DNA of 62,251 bases, filler included, from Piptocephalis cylindrospora (GCA_003614145.1; 8 parts of 8 records of this genome joined end to end with filler, not necessarily neighbours in it); one strand, 5' to 3'. Positions 14,144 through 25,738 are shown, counted from the first letter of the whole stretch. Numbers and translations: made by a program. The notes: generated from the letters alone by a model not told the origin.

Positions 14144-15575
14144 TTAGGTAGAGTAAGAGAGGATGGGGGATAGCCACCTTTCCACCTCCTCCACTTCCAT
14201 ACCCTTTCGAGCGGCATAATCCACAACCTGATCTTTGCCTATTTTCCCGACGGCAAAGTACTCGGAGCACGGATTGGCAAAGTAAAGGCCACTAACGGCG
14301 GCGGCCGGGTACATGGCCAGAGAATCAGTGAGACTAACCCCGGTCGCTTTTTCAATGTCTCCTAGGGCCCACATCGTCTGTTTCTCCGTGTGATCGGGCT
14401 GGGAGGGGTAGCCTGGGGCAGGGCGGATACCCTGATATTTAATGGATAGGAGACTTGACACGTCCAAGGACTCATCCGGACTATAGCCCCACCAATCTCG
14501 CCTGACTAGGACGTGGAGATACTCAGCAAGGGCCTCTGCGAGACGATCGGCCAAGGCCTTGACCATAATGGCCGAATAATCGTCTAAGGCATCCTCGTAA
14601 CCTTTGGCTAGCTCCTCGGCTCCAAAGACACCAACAGTGAACATTCCCAAGTGATCCTGGACCCCCGAGGAGGTCGGGGCCACAAAATCTGAGAGGCACA
14701 AGTAGGCGGCATCGGTGGAACCAGATTCTTTCTCCGCTTGTTGTCTCAGCCCGTAAAAGGTGGACTTGACTCTGGATGCCCGGGGGCCTGATTGATCCGG
14801 ATCGTAGATCTGGATGTCATCCTCTAGGGCATTGGCTTCATAGAGGCCAACAAGGGCCGTGGCTCGTAACTTACCCCCGGAAAGATATTCCTCCAGTTTC
14901 TCCATGGCCTCATCATACAACTTCTTGGCCTCCTGTCCTACGCGTTCATCCTGGAAGATCTTAGGGAAGCCACGGTTGGGGTAGCGGCCCCGAAGTTGCC
15001 AGGTCTGGAAGAAGGGGTTCCAGTCAATGTACTCCATGACTTTGCGTAAATCCACATCCGGGATGGCTCGAGTCCCGAGGAAGGTGGGAGCCTTGGGGGA
15101 AGGGGTCATTGCGGACCAATCGGTCACCTTGGCCTTTTCTCGGGCTTTGGCAAGGGAAAGGTAAGTACGACCCTTAAGAGACTCATAATGATCCTCCCGG
15201 AGCTCCTCATATTCTTCCTGGACCTCCTCCATAAACTCCTCTTTGACAGCGGCATCCAGGAGACTGGAGACAACGACAACAGACTTGGAGGCATCCAGGA
15301 CATGAACGGCAGGCTCGGTGTAACAAGGGGAGATCTTGACGGCGGTGTGGGTCCGAGACGTGGTGGCGCCTCCGATGAGGAGGGGGACCTTGACGCCCTG
15401 TCTCTCCATCTCCTTCGCCACGTGAATCATCTCATCGAGCGACGGGGTAATGAGTCCGCTAAGCCCAATAATATGAGCCTTCTCTTTTTTGGCCACCTCA
15501 ATGATCTTCTCACATGGTGTCATAACCCCGAGGTCAATAACCCGGTAGTTGTTGCATCCAAGGACTACCCCAACA
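14144..15575 (-). CDS. MTR: Cobalamin-dependent methionine synthase (MetH/MTR), B12-binding and SAM-activation domains; 5' part off contig
   Basis: [79 protein letters not shown] and [12 protein letters not shown]. The DxHxxG motif would lie just beyond the contig edge. Confidence 0.97.
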
Positions 15576-17158
15576 NNNNNNNNNNNNNNNNNNNNNNNNN
15601 NNNNNNNNNNNNNNNNNNNTTAATTAATTAANNNNNNNNNNNNNNNNNNNNNNNNNNNNNNNNNNNNNNNNNNNNGAGAGGATCCAGGGGAAGAGAGAGG
15701 ATGAGGGGGCCCAGAGGGAGTTTAGGACCAAGCGAGAAAGGTCGTTGCCGTATTCGTGCCAGTAAATCCGTGCCCGTGGGAGAGGGTACTTAGGTTGGGT
15801 CAGGTTGGCGGGGGAAGAAAAAAAGTCAAGGAAAAAGCGGGACGTGAAACCGAGTAGAGGCTGAGACAACTAGGGTGTCAAGGCAGGCGAGAGGAGGAGG
15901 GAGGAGGAGGGGTCGAAAGGAAGAGGGAGCGCGGAGGTGAGTTGATCCGAGAGGTGATGTTTATATTCACTGTGCCGATGCAGGAGTTAGGGGCCAAGTG
16001 AGCGAGATAAGGATGGGGCGGCATCTCTCCCTCCCGCTTGTTGCACAAGGCGATGCTGCTAATGCTCCAGGGTGAATGATTACGCCTCTGATAACAGTGG
16101 TGTAGATGGCTAACGAGTTAGGACCTGGTTTTCGCGACAGGGATTGTAGCAAGAACGACCTATTGTATGTGAGATGCATGAGGACATGGGCGAAGCTAGT
16201 GCCTTGGATTGGCCAATCTATGAGAGGAGGGAAGAAGAGAAGGGGGGGGGGGGAAGGGCCACCATTCAGTACAGACTCCGCACTAGGCAGGGGGGTCAAT
16301 GTGAGTATGCGCACACTAGTCGGCCGAGGGTGTGATGATCTGGTGAGAAGGGGGGGAGAATCATGCATGTGGCCGGTGATAAACAGTGAGCAGCTGATTT
16401 TAAAAATTAGAACTGGGTTTTATCCAAATCCAGCCGAAGAAGCAGGATGGGAGGTCTGTATGCATTTGATGGCACTTGAATGGATCGTATGTCAAGGGTA
16501 AGGCTAGCTCAAACAAAAACAATCAAGTGAGGGATAGCGTGACACTGGACAAGGACCAAAGGTTAGAGATCGAATCCGGGTACGGCAAGGAAGAGTGCGG
16601 GATTAGGGTCAAGTCGTATACCCTGGCGGTTGGGCCTCACTGAACGAAACCACTGTAAGCACAGGGATTTGTATTTTAGCTGATATAGAATCACACGTTA
16701 CTAGAGAACCCCCTCCTGCCTGAATGGCTGGTGAGCCGCATTTGAACCTCTAACGCTCGCTTAAAAATGAATAATTATAAATGAAAATTACACGTTCACA
16801 GCCAGAAAAGAGGGATAATATAGATTAAAAAGAAATCGTACTTGATAAAGAAGACTTGCAGGATCAGGGAGAGGGGAGGAATGAGGGGAAAAAGAAAAGA
16901 AAAGATGAAGCTCTCATGGGGATAGCACAAGAGTCCACCAATCTAAGGGAGGGGAAATCATCCAGGATGTACAGGAGAGATGGGGAAGGAGGGAAAAAAA
17001 GTAAGAGAGCAGAGCGGCATTGCCATTAGCATCGTGGTATGAGTAGAGCGAGAGAGAGATGGGAGAGGCGGGAGGAGAAGGAGATACATCCCATGACGAT
17101 CTCGGCTTTGACTTGGAGAAAGAGAGATGTACGGTATGTAGGTCAGAACGACCAAGGA

Positions 17159-18590
17159 TTATCCCTTCGTAAAGGAAAGATGGCTGCTCTGTCGTAGGAC
17201 TCGTTCACATAGATCTGCGTCAACAGGGATCTACGAGGATGGGTAGGAGGGTAAGTATAGATTAGGCCCGTTTCTTTCTTAGTCACGTTACCTCAATGGA
17301 CACCTCCGTGGTATAGGGGTCATGAATGGGGTCATGGGGATTCTTGGAGAGAGAGGTCTTTCCCTTGGATCGATATGTCCTTTGGGGAGGGACGTAAGAG
17401 GAGATAATATTCTTAGCATCCTTGGTGGGATTCCTCCGTGGACGCAATCCTCTCCTCTTCATGGACGGGGGAGATGGGGAAGGGCTGCGTGAGGGTCTTG
17501 AGGTTGTATTCTCCATCCCTTGATGAGTCGATTCAGAGTTATGAAAGAGACTTGCGCCCTTTGGAGAATCAGAAAGAAGGAGAGAAGGCATGGAAGGAGG
17601 AGAGGCCTTTTCCCTCTCCCCAGACTCATGCTTATGTTCATCGTGCCCCTCTTCCAGCAGGATGGCATGATCTATCGGGGTATCTAGACCCGAGAGGTCT
17701 CCCTCATCGGAGACATCTAAGGGTGAATCTTCCACACCAGGCCTATCGTGTTGATCGCTAAATCGCTGGGAAAAGATTCTTCGGGGGATGGGGTCCTCTC
17801 TCATGACCTGAACCCTCCGTTCAGCCTCTGCAAATCCGTAGACATCCCCGATCATCGGAGTGGAATGTAGGGCCTGAGATGATCCATGATTCCGTGTAGG
17901 AGTTTGAGGTTGACTGGAAGGCTCGGGAGATGTGGGATTCGAGGCAATCCTCGAGGTCATAGGTGTGCCCTGAATGGGCGAAAGAGAAAGGGAGGGTGGA
18001 GGAGGAGGATTGGTTTGGGTATAGTGGGTAGGTGATGGGATAGCTTCGTCCCACATATTAAATCGGGAAGCCAGACCTTTGGATCTGGGCGGAGTAAGGC
18101 ATGTTAAGGCCTTTGGGAATCGGGAGGGAGCCGTGTTTCGGGTATAGACGGAAAATCGAATGTTGGGCCCCTGGGGGTTATTGGACGTGGAGGAGAAGGA
18201 GGAAGCTGCGGAGGGAAGGGGTCGTTTGATCATCGGACCAAGTCGGGGAACATGAGTTACCCCACCACCGCTGACCTTTCTTCGTAAGGGTTTCAATTTT
18301 CGCTTTGGTCGTTGTCCTCCCCGATCAGGACAAGGCGGTTCAGTGTGAGAGGTAGGGGAGTTCGAGTCAGCCTCTGTTGTTGTTGTTGTTGTTGTTGTTG
18401 TCGAGGCTGGGATAGATGAAAAGGGTGCTGGTAGCCGTCCTGAAAAAGGAGAATTTTCTTGGGATCTACTCCTGTCCTGAGTCGACTCGCCTACCAAGGT
18501 AGCGGGTATAGAAGGGGTTGGAGTGGGTGGAGGAGGATTGGACGCTGGCCTTGAAAGTCCCAGGATCTTCTTTTTCCCTTTGGGAGGCAT
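17159..18590 (-). CDS. Hypothetical Ser/Pro/Thr-rich, basic, probably disordered nuclear protein with a short 3' exon
   Basis: About 430-codon open frame from MPPKGKKK with basic clusters (KRKLKPLRRK, KRRGLRPRR). Intron GTAACG...CTAAT...CGTAG, then IPVDADLCERVLRQSSHLSFTKG*. Confidence 0.65.
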
Positions 18591-19201
18591 CGCGAGCACT
18601 GAAGAGAGGATACGGTGGATAAGTAAGGGCTATACACGTGCAAATAAAGAGTGATCTGCACTGGAGAAGAGGATGCAGGAGAGGGTGAATAAAGAGGATG
18701 GGGGTGTAGAAGGAAAAGGAAAAGGCTGTCCAAGCAGACTGACTTGTGGCGGAGAAGAATAGTACCCCTTATATGAGACGGAGAGTGCGCACTTTAGGAT
18801 GGGCGCATCGTCACTGAGCTGTATGTGTGTATGTGTGTGCACGTCTTCCCTTGAAGGGCGTTGTTGCACTCTAGGACTGTGGTGCATTGTTGTCAAGGTG
18901 GTGAGGGGGAGAATACACCGCCTTCGTCAATGCAGGAGGATACGGGCTGAGTGAGGTAGGGACATGAAGCATCATTAGCGCGCCTCCCCAGCATTCCCTT
19001 CAGATACCCAAGAAATGCTGGATGGGAGAGGGGAAGTATTGAGAAGGGGGATAGCACAAACATATTCTCGCTCACACAATCAGAAGATTCATGAAAGATA
19101 TATTGCAACGTGGGTGAGAGAGGGGGGAGGGGTACATAGGGTAGTGGAACCCCAATAACTCGGAAAGGGCAGAGAAGTAACCACGCTCATTCAGGAAGAT
19201 C

Positions 19202-19549
19202 TTACTGAGGGGCGACACAGGCCTCAGTCTTGGTGATGGGGGTGCAGGCAATGTCAGCAGGGCAGATGGACTTGCAGGTACGCTGGTTCTCCTCACAAGG
19301 ACCGCAATCCCAATGGGTCTGGATGGGAGGAGGGGGGATATCGCCGCCACTGGGCGTAGGGCAGGGAGCATCATCCTCATCACATTGCTTGATGATCGCA
19401 ATAAGAGGACATGGCTCACCAGGGCTGCACTTGTACCCGCAGGTCTTCTGCCCTTTAATGCATTGACCGCATTCCAGCTCACGCTCAGGAGCGGCCGACA
19501 GGGCGGCGATGAGGAGGGTGATAGTAGCAAGGGTAGTGAAAAGCTTCAT
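19202..19549 (-). CDS. Small secreted cysteine-rich protein A (115 aa, two six-Cys modules)
   Basis: Signal peptide MKLFTTLATITLLIAALSA, two C-x2-C-x6-C-x3-C-x5-C-x8-C modules with a Pro-rich linker, and an upstream TATAAA near 19700. Confidence 0.85.
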   Translation of the reverse strand: MKLFTTLATITLLIAALSAAPERELECGQCIKGQKTCGYKCSPGEPCPLIAIIKQCDEDDAPCPTPSGGDIPPPPIQTHWDCGPCEENQRTCKSICPADIACTPITKTEACVAPQ

Positions 19550-20776
19550 GGTAAACAGAAGGGTAATGGGGATGGATTGGACTATGGGATGAGATGAGAG
19601 AGTAATAAGAAGAGCGCAGAAGGGATGGGATGGGCTGGACAGTGGTGAGGATGGTTCGGATGGATGGAAGTTTTAGAAAGTGAGTCCAGGTGTCCTTTTA
19701 TATCTTTTCTTCAGTATCCGATATATATTTATTGGGTTACATTGACCTACTTGACAATCTACATCTTTCCATCTTCCCCAAAAAAGACTATTTCCTATCG
19801 TATATAGGGTTCTTTGACAAATGGAATGGCGTGGGGAAGGAAAAGGGACCCGTGCACCTATGGAATATTTCTCTAGAACTTGTCCTATTTTGGTTTGGGA
19901 TTGGTGAAGAGGAAGATGCTGTTATGTTTAGCTCAATTTAAATGGTGGCATCGACGCCACCGGGGTACCATTCATATATTTTACCCCACACATGTATGCA
20001 CACATACACATACACATACACACACATTTGAAGATCATAGTGACGCTTGGTGGAGATATGGGATCCGTGAAAAGGAGGTAAAAATAGGGAGGTCGCTTCA
20101 TTATTTATCCAGACAATTTGGTGCTCTTGATAGGATCCTTGAACGCCTTGAGGTGGATGGATGGAGATCCGTGAGGATCAAGTCCGTTGTTAGAAAAATG
20201 TATACCTTCTTTCCCTTTGAGATACAGGTTGATTTCTGTTGTAGGATTCAGTAAGGGTCACTTGGTTGCTTGTGAATGAATCATAGCGAAGGAAACAAGG
20301 CCCGGAAGAAAAAGGGACCAAGCCAGCTCTCCCTTCTTGTCTTAAAATACCGGGAGAGGTCCCTGACACGCACCCAGTCCAAGTCGTGGGACCTGAGCAA
20401 CATCCGTTCTTATTTTCCATGCTGATGATTTGTCCAGTCGTGTTTACCACGGGAAATAGCGGAGATGGATCCGCCAAGGAAAGTAGGAGCCATGAGGCCT
20501 CATTGTGTCGCACCATGATGATCAGGAGAGGATAATGATAACCTAAATATCATCCTATATTGTCCATGACGACTGAAATTTATTGTTCCCTAGGAGAGCA
20601 TGCACTCAAGGGGAGGGCACCATGCCCTAGAGTATCACTGCCGCCTTTTGAAAAAGTCAAGAGTGGCTTGTGGAATTTTTCTTTCCAAACCAGCCCTTTT
20701 CGAGGGAGGCTCAGTCCAATGATGAATAGATAGGAAACGCCACCCTGTATGCTAGGGGAAATTGCGCCCTAGAGCA

Positions 20777-21115
20777 TCAGCAAGTGTAGAGCTTGACCTG
20801 GCTAATGCAGAATTGTCCCTTGGGGCAATTGATCCTGCAGGTACGGGTGTAATTGCGACACTCCCCACACACCCACTGGACTGTGGGGGCAGGGGAAGAT
20901 GAGGTCCTGCACTCCCTCCAGAAGGAGGAGTTGGAGGGACATTCCACTCCAAGGCCACACCTGTAAGCGCAGGCCTTGTAGTCCTCTCCTTGGCACTCCC
21001 CACACACCACTTGTATACCTGGGAAATCCGTGGCTGGAGTCGAGGAGTTCATGGGAGAGGATATGCTCATATCTACGAGAAACGTCAAGGAAAGAAGGAT
21101 GGTGATGGATTTCAT
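20777..21115 (-). CDS. Small secreted cysteine-rich protein B (112 aa), paralog of 19202-19549
   Basis: Signal peptide MKSITILLSLTFLVDMSIS, modules C-x2-C-x7-C-x3-C-x5-C-x9-C and C-x2-C-x6-C-x3-C-x5-C-x8-C, and an upstream TATAAA near 21225. Confidence 0.85.
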   Translation of the reverse strand: MKSITILLSLTFLVDMSISSPMNSSTPATDFPGIQVVCGECQGEDYKACAYRCGLGVECPSNSSFWRECRTSSSPAPTVQWVCGECRNYTRTCRINCPKGQFCISQVKLYTC

Positions 21116-23094
21116 AGTAGCGTCGTGCTGTTCGTTTGTGATAGAGGAAAGTAGAGGGAAGAATGTAGATACAGAGGAGTAGAAAGATATTTCGAAAAGA
21201 TTATGCTACTTCATCTTTTATTTATATCTGTTATCGGACATAGAGGTTTTAATTCATTAAAACTGAACCGGATAAATACATCTATACTTTCCCTTCCTCA
21301 CCCTTCTATGAACAGTATGGTCGCAAGGGATGTGATGAAATCACATGCCCATGATTCTTTACTCGGCACCTCGACCCAAAGAACGAGTATATGAGGTGTG
21401 CATGGATCTTTGGTTGAACTTCTCCACTCGCGTGATCATTCCACATTTCACCATCACCATATTCATAACGGAGCTTCTACTCGTAGTTTGAAGTGATGAT
21501 CTTTTTTTATCTTCCCTGTTGGTCTAAAAACCCTCGATAAAACCCCTTTCCCAGTTACCCTAGGTATATAAATGTAAAGGGGAAAAGGTTCCTCTCTCAT
21601 CATGAGGCATTGTCCGTGTAAATTCGGCCCAGTCGGGCACCAATTCCTCATTCTGTCCCTCCACAACAGAAGCATGGACCCTTATTCCCCAGACGCCCTT
21701 CTTCGTATACATATGGCCTATGCACTCTCCTTCTCTCATCCTCCAGATGTTGGGGAGTATGACCCATCCAAAGACAAACATTCTCGGGTGCCATGGTGAC
21801 GGAAGCAAGCTTGGGTTCAATGCCACCACATGCCTATCACGCCGCCGTACCTGACTGATAAAGGAAATTTTCATATCGTTTTTGCATACGGATCCAACCG
21901 TTAAGAAAGCAGCATATGACATGTGCATCCCAATTTTTTTGTGAGCAAAAACACTTTACCTGAGGTACCATGTCATATATAGTGCTTCATATCCTCCCCA
22001 AACGTTGTTGATGCACATAGTACAAGAGGGAGAGTGAGTAATGAGAGACGAAATTTCATGACGGGGTGGAGAGACTGATGGGATAGGGTAAGCAAATCAA
22101 AGAGGGGATAGGATGCAATGTGTAATTTTGATGAACATGGATATCATGCTCTTTATATGTCTTTTAATAGTGTCTTTTCAACGGCCGAGGGCAGGCCTTG
22201 CCAAGAGAGCAAGAGCAGACTGGATATGCTTATATCCTTATACATTCCCGATGTTGGCGGATATGACTTGACGAGGGATATTCCTTACTCCCCCTACTTG
22301 GACCCACTCCCTCCTCTCCCTTCCCCTGAGAGATATCGCATTCCCCCTATGTTGTACAACTTTACCCAAGCTCCACTTGGATGCACACACCATATCTTCT
22401 TGATTAGGGAAACAAACTAGTACATCGTACGGGTAGAGTGAGTGCAATAGCATACCGACTAAGGATCAGGTTGTTTTAATGTGGACGCCCCATGAATATG
22501 GTCACCGAAACTCTCCTTGTGGTAGTCCTGATTTAGCGAGACAAGAACGCGTAAACACTCATCAGTAGTATCAGTTCCACTCCCTTATGATATTAATCAT
22601 ATGTCAACGAGATAGTGTGAAAGATATGGATTGTCGCACCTGGGTTTGAATGATTCTTTGCTGCGCGATATATCCTCAGAAAAAATATATATCAATATAT
22701 CTCTTGGTTTGTTTAACGCCTAGATACGACCTGCCTCCTGTCCAGATCTCATCGTCCAGTCGGGCTTTAAACTGTGGGGATCTAAATAATGGGCCATGAC
22801 CTGCAGACTCACCTGGTCGTCATCCTGCTCCAGTCTCTCATGTGCCCCCTCTCCTGTGCTTTCCTCCCTCCCCCCCTCTCCGACTATGGAGTTTCACGTG
22901 CTAGTCCTCACGACGCCCCCACTCTGCCAGACCATTGACGACCACCATTCACCCTGGTTATTACACTCCATCTACCGTCTATTATTCCCCCATTTCTTTC
23001 CCTCAGCCTGCATTCTTTTCTTTCCCTTTCTTTCCCGCTCGATACTTCATCCTCATCTCTCTTTTCCTCTCCGTTTGGTACATCTCATACACTC

Positions 23095-23168
23095 ATGCTA
23101 GATCATATCCTTGGTCGACCCTCGTCTAACTGGAAACGTCTCCAGGTGGTACTTGTGGCGATGGTCCT
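23095..23168 (+). CDS. First exon of a fungal hormone-sensitive-lipase-like alpha/beta hydrolase (rest garbled or off contig)
   Basis: MLDHILGRPSSNWKRLQVVLV resembles the M[IL]DH[VI]LGRPS N-terminus I recall from fungal HSL-like lipases. Followed by a GTAAGT donor; downstream sequence is low-quality poly-C. Confidence 0.6.
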
Positions 23169-23600
23169 GTAAGTCCTACCCTCCCCCCCCCCCCCCCTTT
23201 TTCACCGCCCCCACCCTTTTTCCCCCCCCACTCCCTTTTCCCCCCCCCCCCCCTGGGTAAAACTCATGAGAGAAACCCCCCGCTCTTTCTTCTCCCGGTG
23301 GCCCCTTCCCCCCGGGCCTTTCCACGGTCCCTTCCCTCCCCCCGCCCCTTTGACCCTTAAAGTCTGGCCCGTTTCCTCCTCCCCTAGGTCGACCCCGNNN
23401 NNNNNNNNNNNNNNNNNNNNNNNNNNNNNNNNNNNNNNNNNTTAATTAATTAANNNNNNNNNNNNNNNNNNNNNNNNNNNNNNNNNNNNNNNNNNNNCGA
23501 GAATTCGTTCCTTCCTCCTTTCACACTCATTGTACTACCTTGCTCTTTTCTCTGATTTCCTGTACGTATACAGTGCAGCCTTCAAGTTTCACCCCTTGCC

Positions 23601-23639
23601 TAGCACATGTGCTATCCACGTGCTATGCATAGCACGTGG
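23601..23639. repeat. Adjacent perfect palindromes (14 bp and 24 bp)
   Basis: TAGCACATGTGCTA (23601-23614) and CCACGTGCTATGCATAGCACGTGG (23616-23639). Confidence 0.9.
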
Positions 23640-24705
23640 TAGTACACTATCTTTTAACTGTCCTGCACATTTAGGAGGTTATTTTTTGCCTGTTTTACCT
23701 GGGGTTTGCCTGGGGTTTAAGGCTACAGTTTGTAATCAACCGAACGATTTTGACTGATGGAGCTTTGGGACAAGGCTTGTTTAATGGAGAGCAGTTTGGG
23801 AGGGAAGGGACTTTGGATACTGTAGAGCAGTATATCTGGCGACTCCATCGAAAAAGGACTAACCTACCGCAAGCTAACCTACCGCAAACTAGGTTTTATA
23901 GTCATTTTAGCAGTGCCAATACCAGCTTGAGGATGTGTGGGTGGGGGCTGCCTATATACAGTCATGCAACACACCCTAGGTAATAGAAAGATATATGTTG
24001 TTTCCCATGAATCACCTGTCCTTTGACTTCAATTTTTTTGAAGAATGGAAGGTCATGGAGCTTTTGAAGCACGTACGGACTTTCTACGATCGTTATGGTA
24101 ACGGACACGTTCTCCCCTCGGAGGCCCGTCTCCTGGTATCATATATACCGATCATTCAGGCGGGTATCCTGTTCAGATGTCTACCAGTCTTCCCTATTGA
24201 GGGGAAATAAGCCACTTTAATCATTCTCAAGATACATTTATCATGACATGGCTGACTGCCAGGATCTAATTTTCTCATCTTACACATTAAGATGGGCAGA
24301 TGGATATATTATATACTTTTTCAGCGGTGAATTGAGTCTGACCTGCCCTTCTGAGTACCAACGCTGCCCACCCACCATCTTCTCAATATTAAAACCCAAA
24401 GGATCCCAAAATTTCTCAATATCTCATTCTCTACTTGAAAATGATATTGTTTTGTGGGGAGTCATACCTAGGGGAAAGCCACTCTAATTTTCCAAGGACC
24501 CTGCTCCCCTCTTAATTCGTTTCCATTCCCATGTAATCTTCATCCCTCTGTCGTTATATATACTATCGGTAGAAATATACCAAGATGCTGATCATCAGAC
24601 GGCAGCTGCATTGATCTCTTGTAGATAGATTCTCAGTATTCATTCTCCCATCGACATCCTAAAGTACAGAAGAGGGGGATCAAAAGTTCATGCCCCATTC
24701 CTTAA

Positions 24706-25738
24706 TCAGCTCATAATGTAGAGAAGGAAAAGAATGCTGCAAGTCGACATGACTGCGATCATGATCACCATGTCCCGGCGTCGGCGTGCATTAATCCGAC
24801 GGATAATCCCGTCCATCGAGGGCAAGGCATCTACAGGAGAGAGGTATGATGGCAGTAATGGTAAGTACATCATAATAAGACCAAAGAACCCTTTCATCCA
24901 TCTTCGTACTCGTTAGGTCTGTAATCCGTCCAGTGGATCGATGAAGACTGGCTCCTTGTCGATACAAATCATCCCGAATGGCCATGGCATCGCTATAAAA
25001 GATGAATGAGCGATGAGTCTCATTCGCCCTTTCCAAAAAAAAAGGAATCATCTTACTCAGTAGCCATGTCCAGTAGGACACTGGAATTGTCAATGCGACT
25101 GCGTTCGGCGAGAAGCATATCCTCTTCCTGACCAGCCTCTCCGCCACGGCTCCTGAGATGGATAAATAGTTGAGAACGATTCAGCACTATTCCTTATATA
25201 CTCCTCCTTATATACCCTCCTACCTATTTCCCGTGCGATGATGGGCAGCGTCGCCCAGTAATGCTTCCCTAGAAGCATCCAGGTTCTCCTAGATGATCAA
25301 TTGTACATACACAGCGTATTAATTAATCGTGATCGGGGGCAGATCCATCTTTTTTCCTTAAGGCAGTATCCACCTACCGTCGAGTTAGCCTGGAGCCTTT
25401 GTCGAAAGATGCGGTCCATCTCCCGCTGCCTTTCTAGTCGCATCAACGATGCCGTTGTCTTGGCTGCCTGAGAGTATGCCTGGGCCTTCCCCAGATTCTC
25501 CAAGGTGCTAGAAAACTACTTGGTTGAGTGAGTAGAGCTCGACTGTCTCGAAGTTCTCCCTATCCTGCCTGACGCAAAGCACTATCCATACCTCATTAAG
25601 CAATCGCTTGGTCTCTTGGACATCTTCCTCTTTGTTCAAGCCGTCTTGATTTCTCGTGGCTGGGAGCCGTCGACTCAGCTCCACTTCCAAAGTCCTTGCA
25701 GTCCGTTTAAGTGCATCAAAATCTAGTGTAGTTGGCAT
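24706..25738 (-). CDS. GOS1: Golgi Qb-SNARE GOS1/GOSR1, multi-exon
   Basis: N-terminal FDALKRTARTLEVEL, internal EEDMLLAERSRIDNS, and C-terminal LPSMDGIIRRINARRRRD plus a tail-anchor TM. GT-AG introns are traceable. Confidence 0.85.

Noticed and set aside
13221..15575. Functional SAM-metabolism cluster of DTWD1 and MetH
   Set aside because: Two convergent genes in a compact genome with no shared promoter; chance adjacency is sufficient.
15676..16900. ORFs of 80-130 codons at the start of contig 3, and similar ones at 36200-37600, 45000-46200 and 55400-56700
   Set aside because: No ATG context, codon bias or recognisable motif; these look like promoter or UTR sequence. No recognisable snRNA, rRNA or CRISPR pattern.
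23180..23397. C-rich tract suggesting a G-quadruplex or telomere-like repeat (also 31310-31420 and 47563-47630)
   Set aside because: Irregular homopolymer-rich sequence beside long C or G runs, mostly at contig ends; typical low-quality base calls with no repeat unit.
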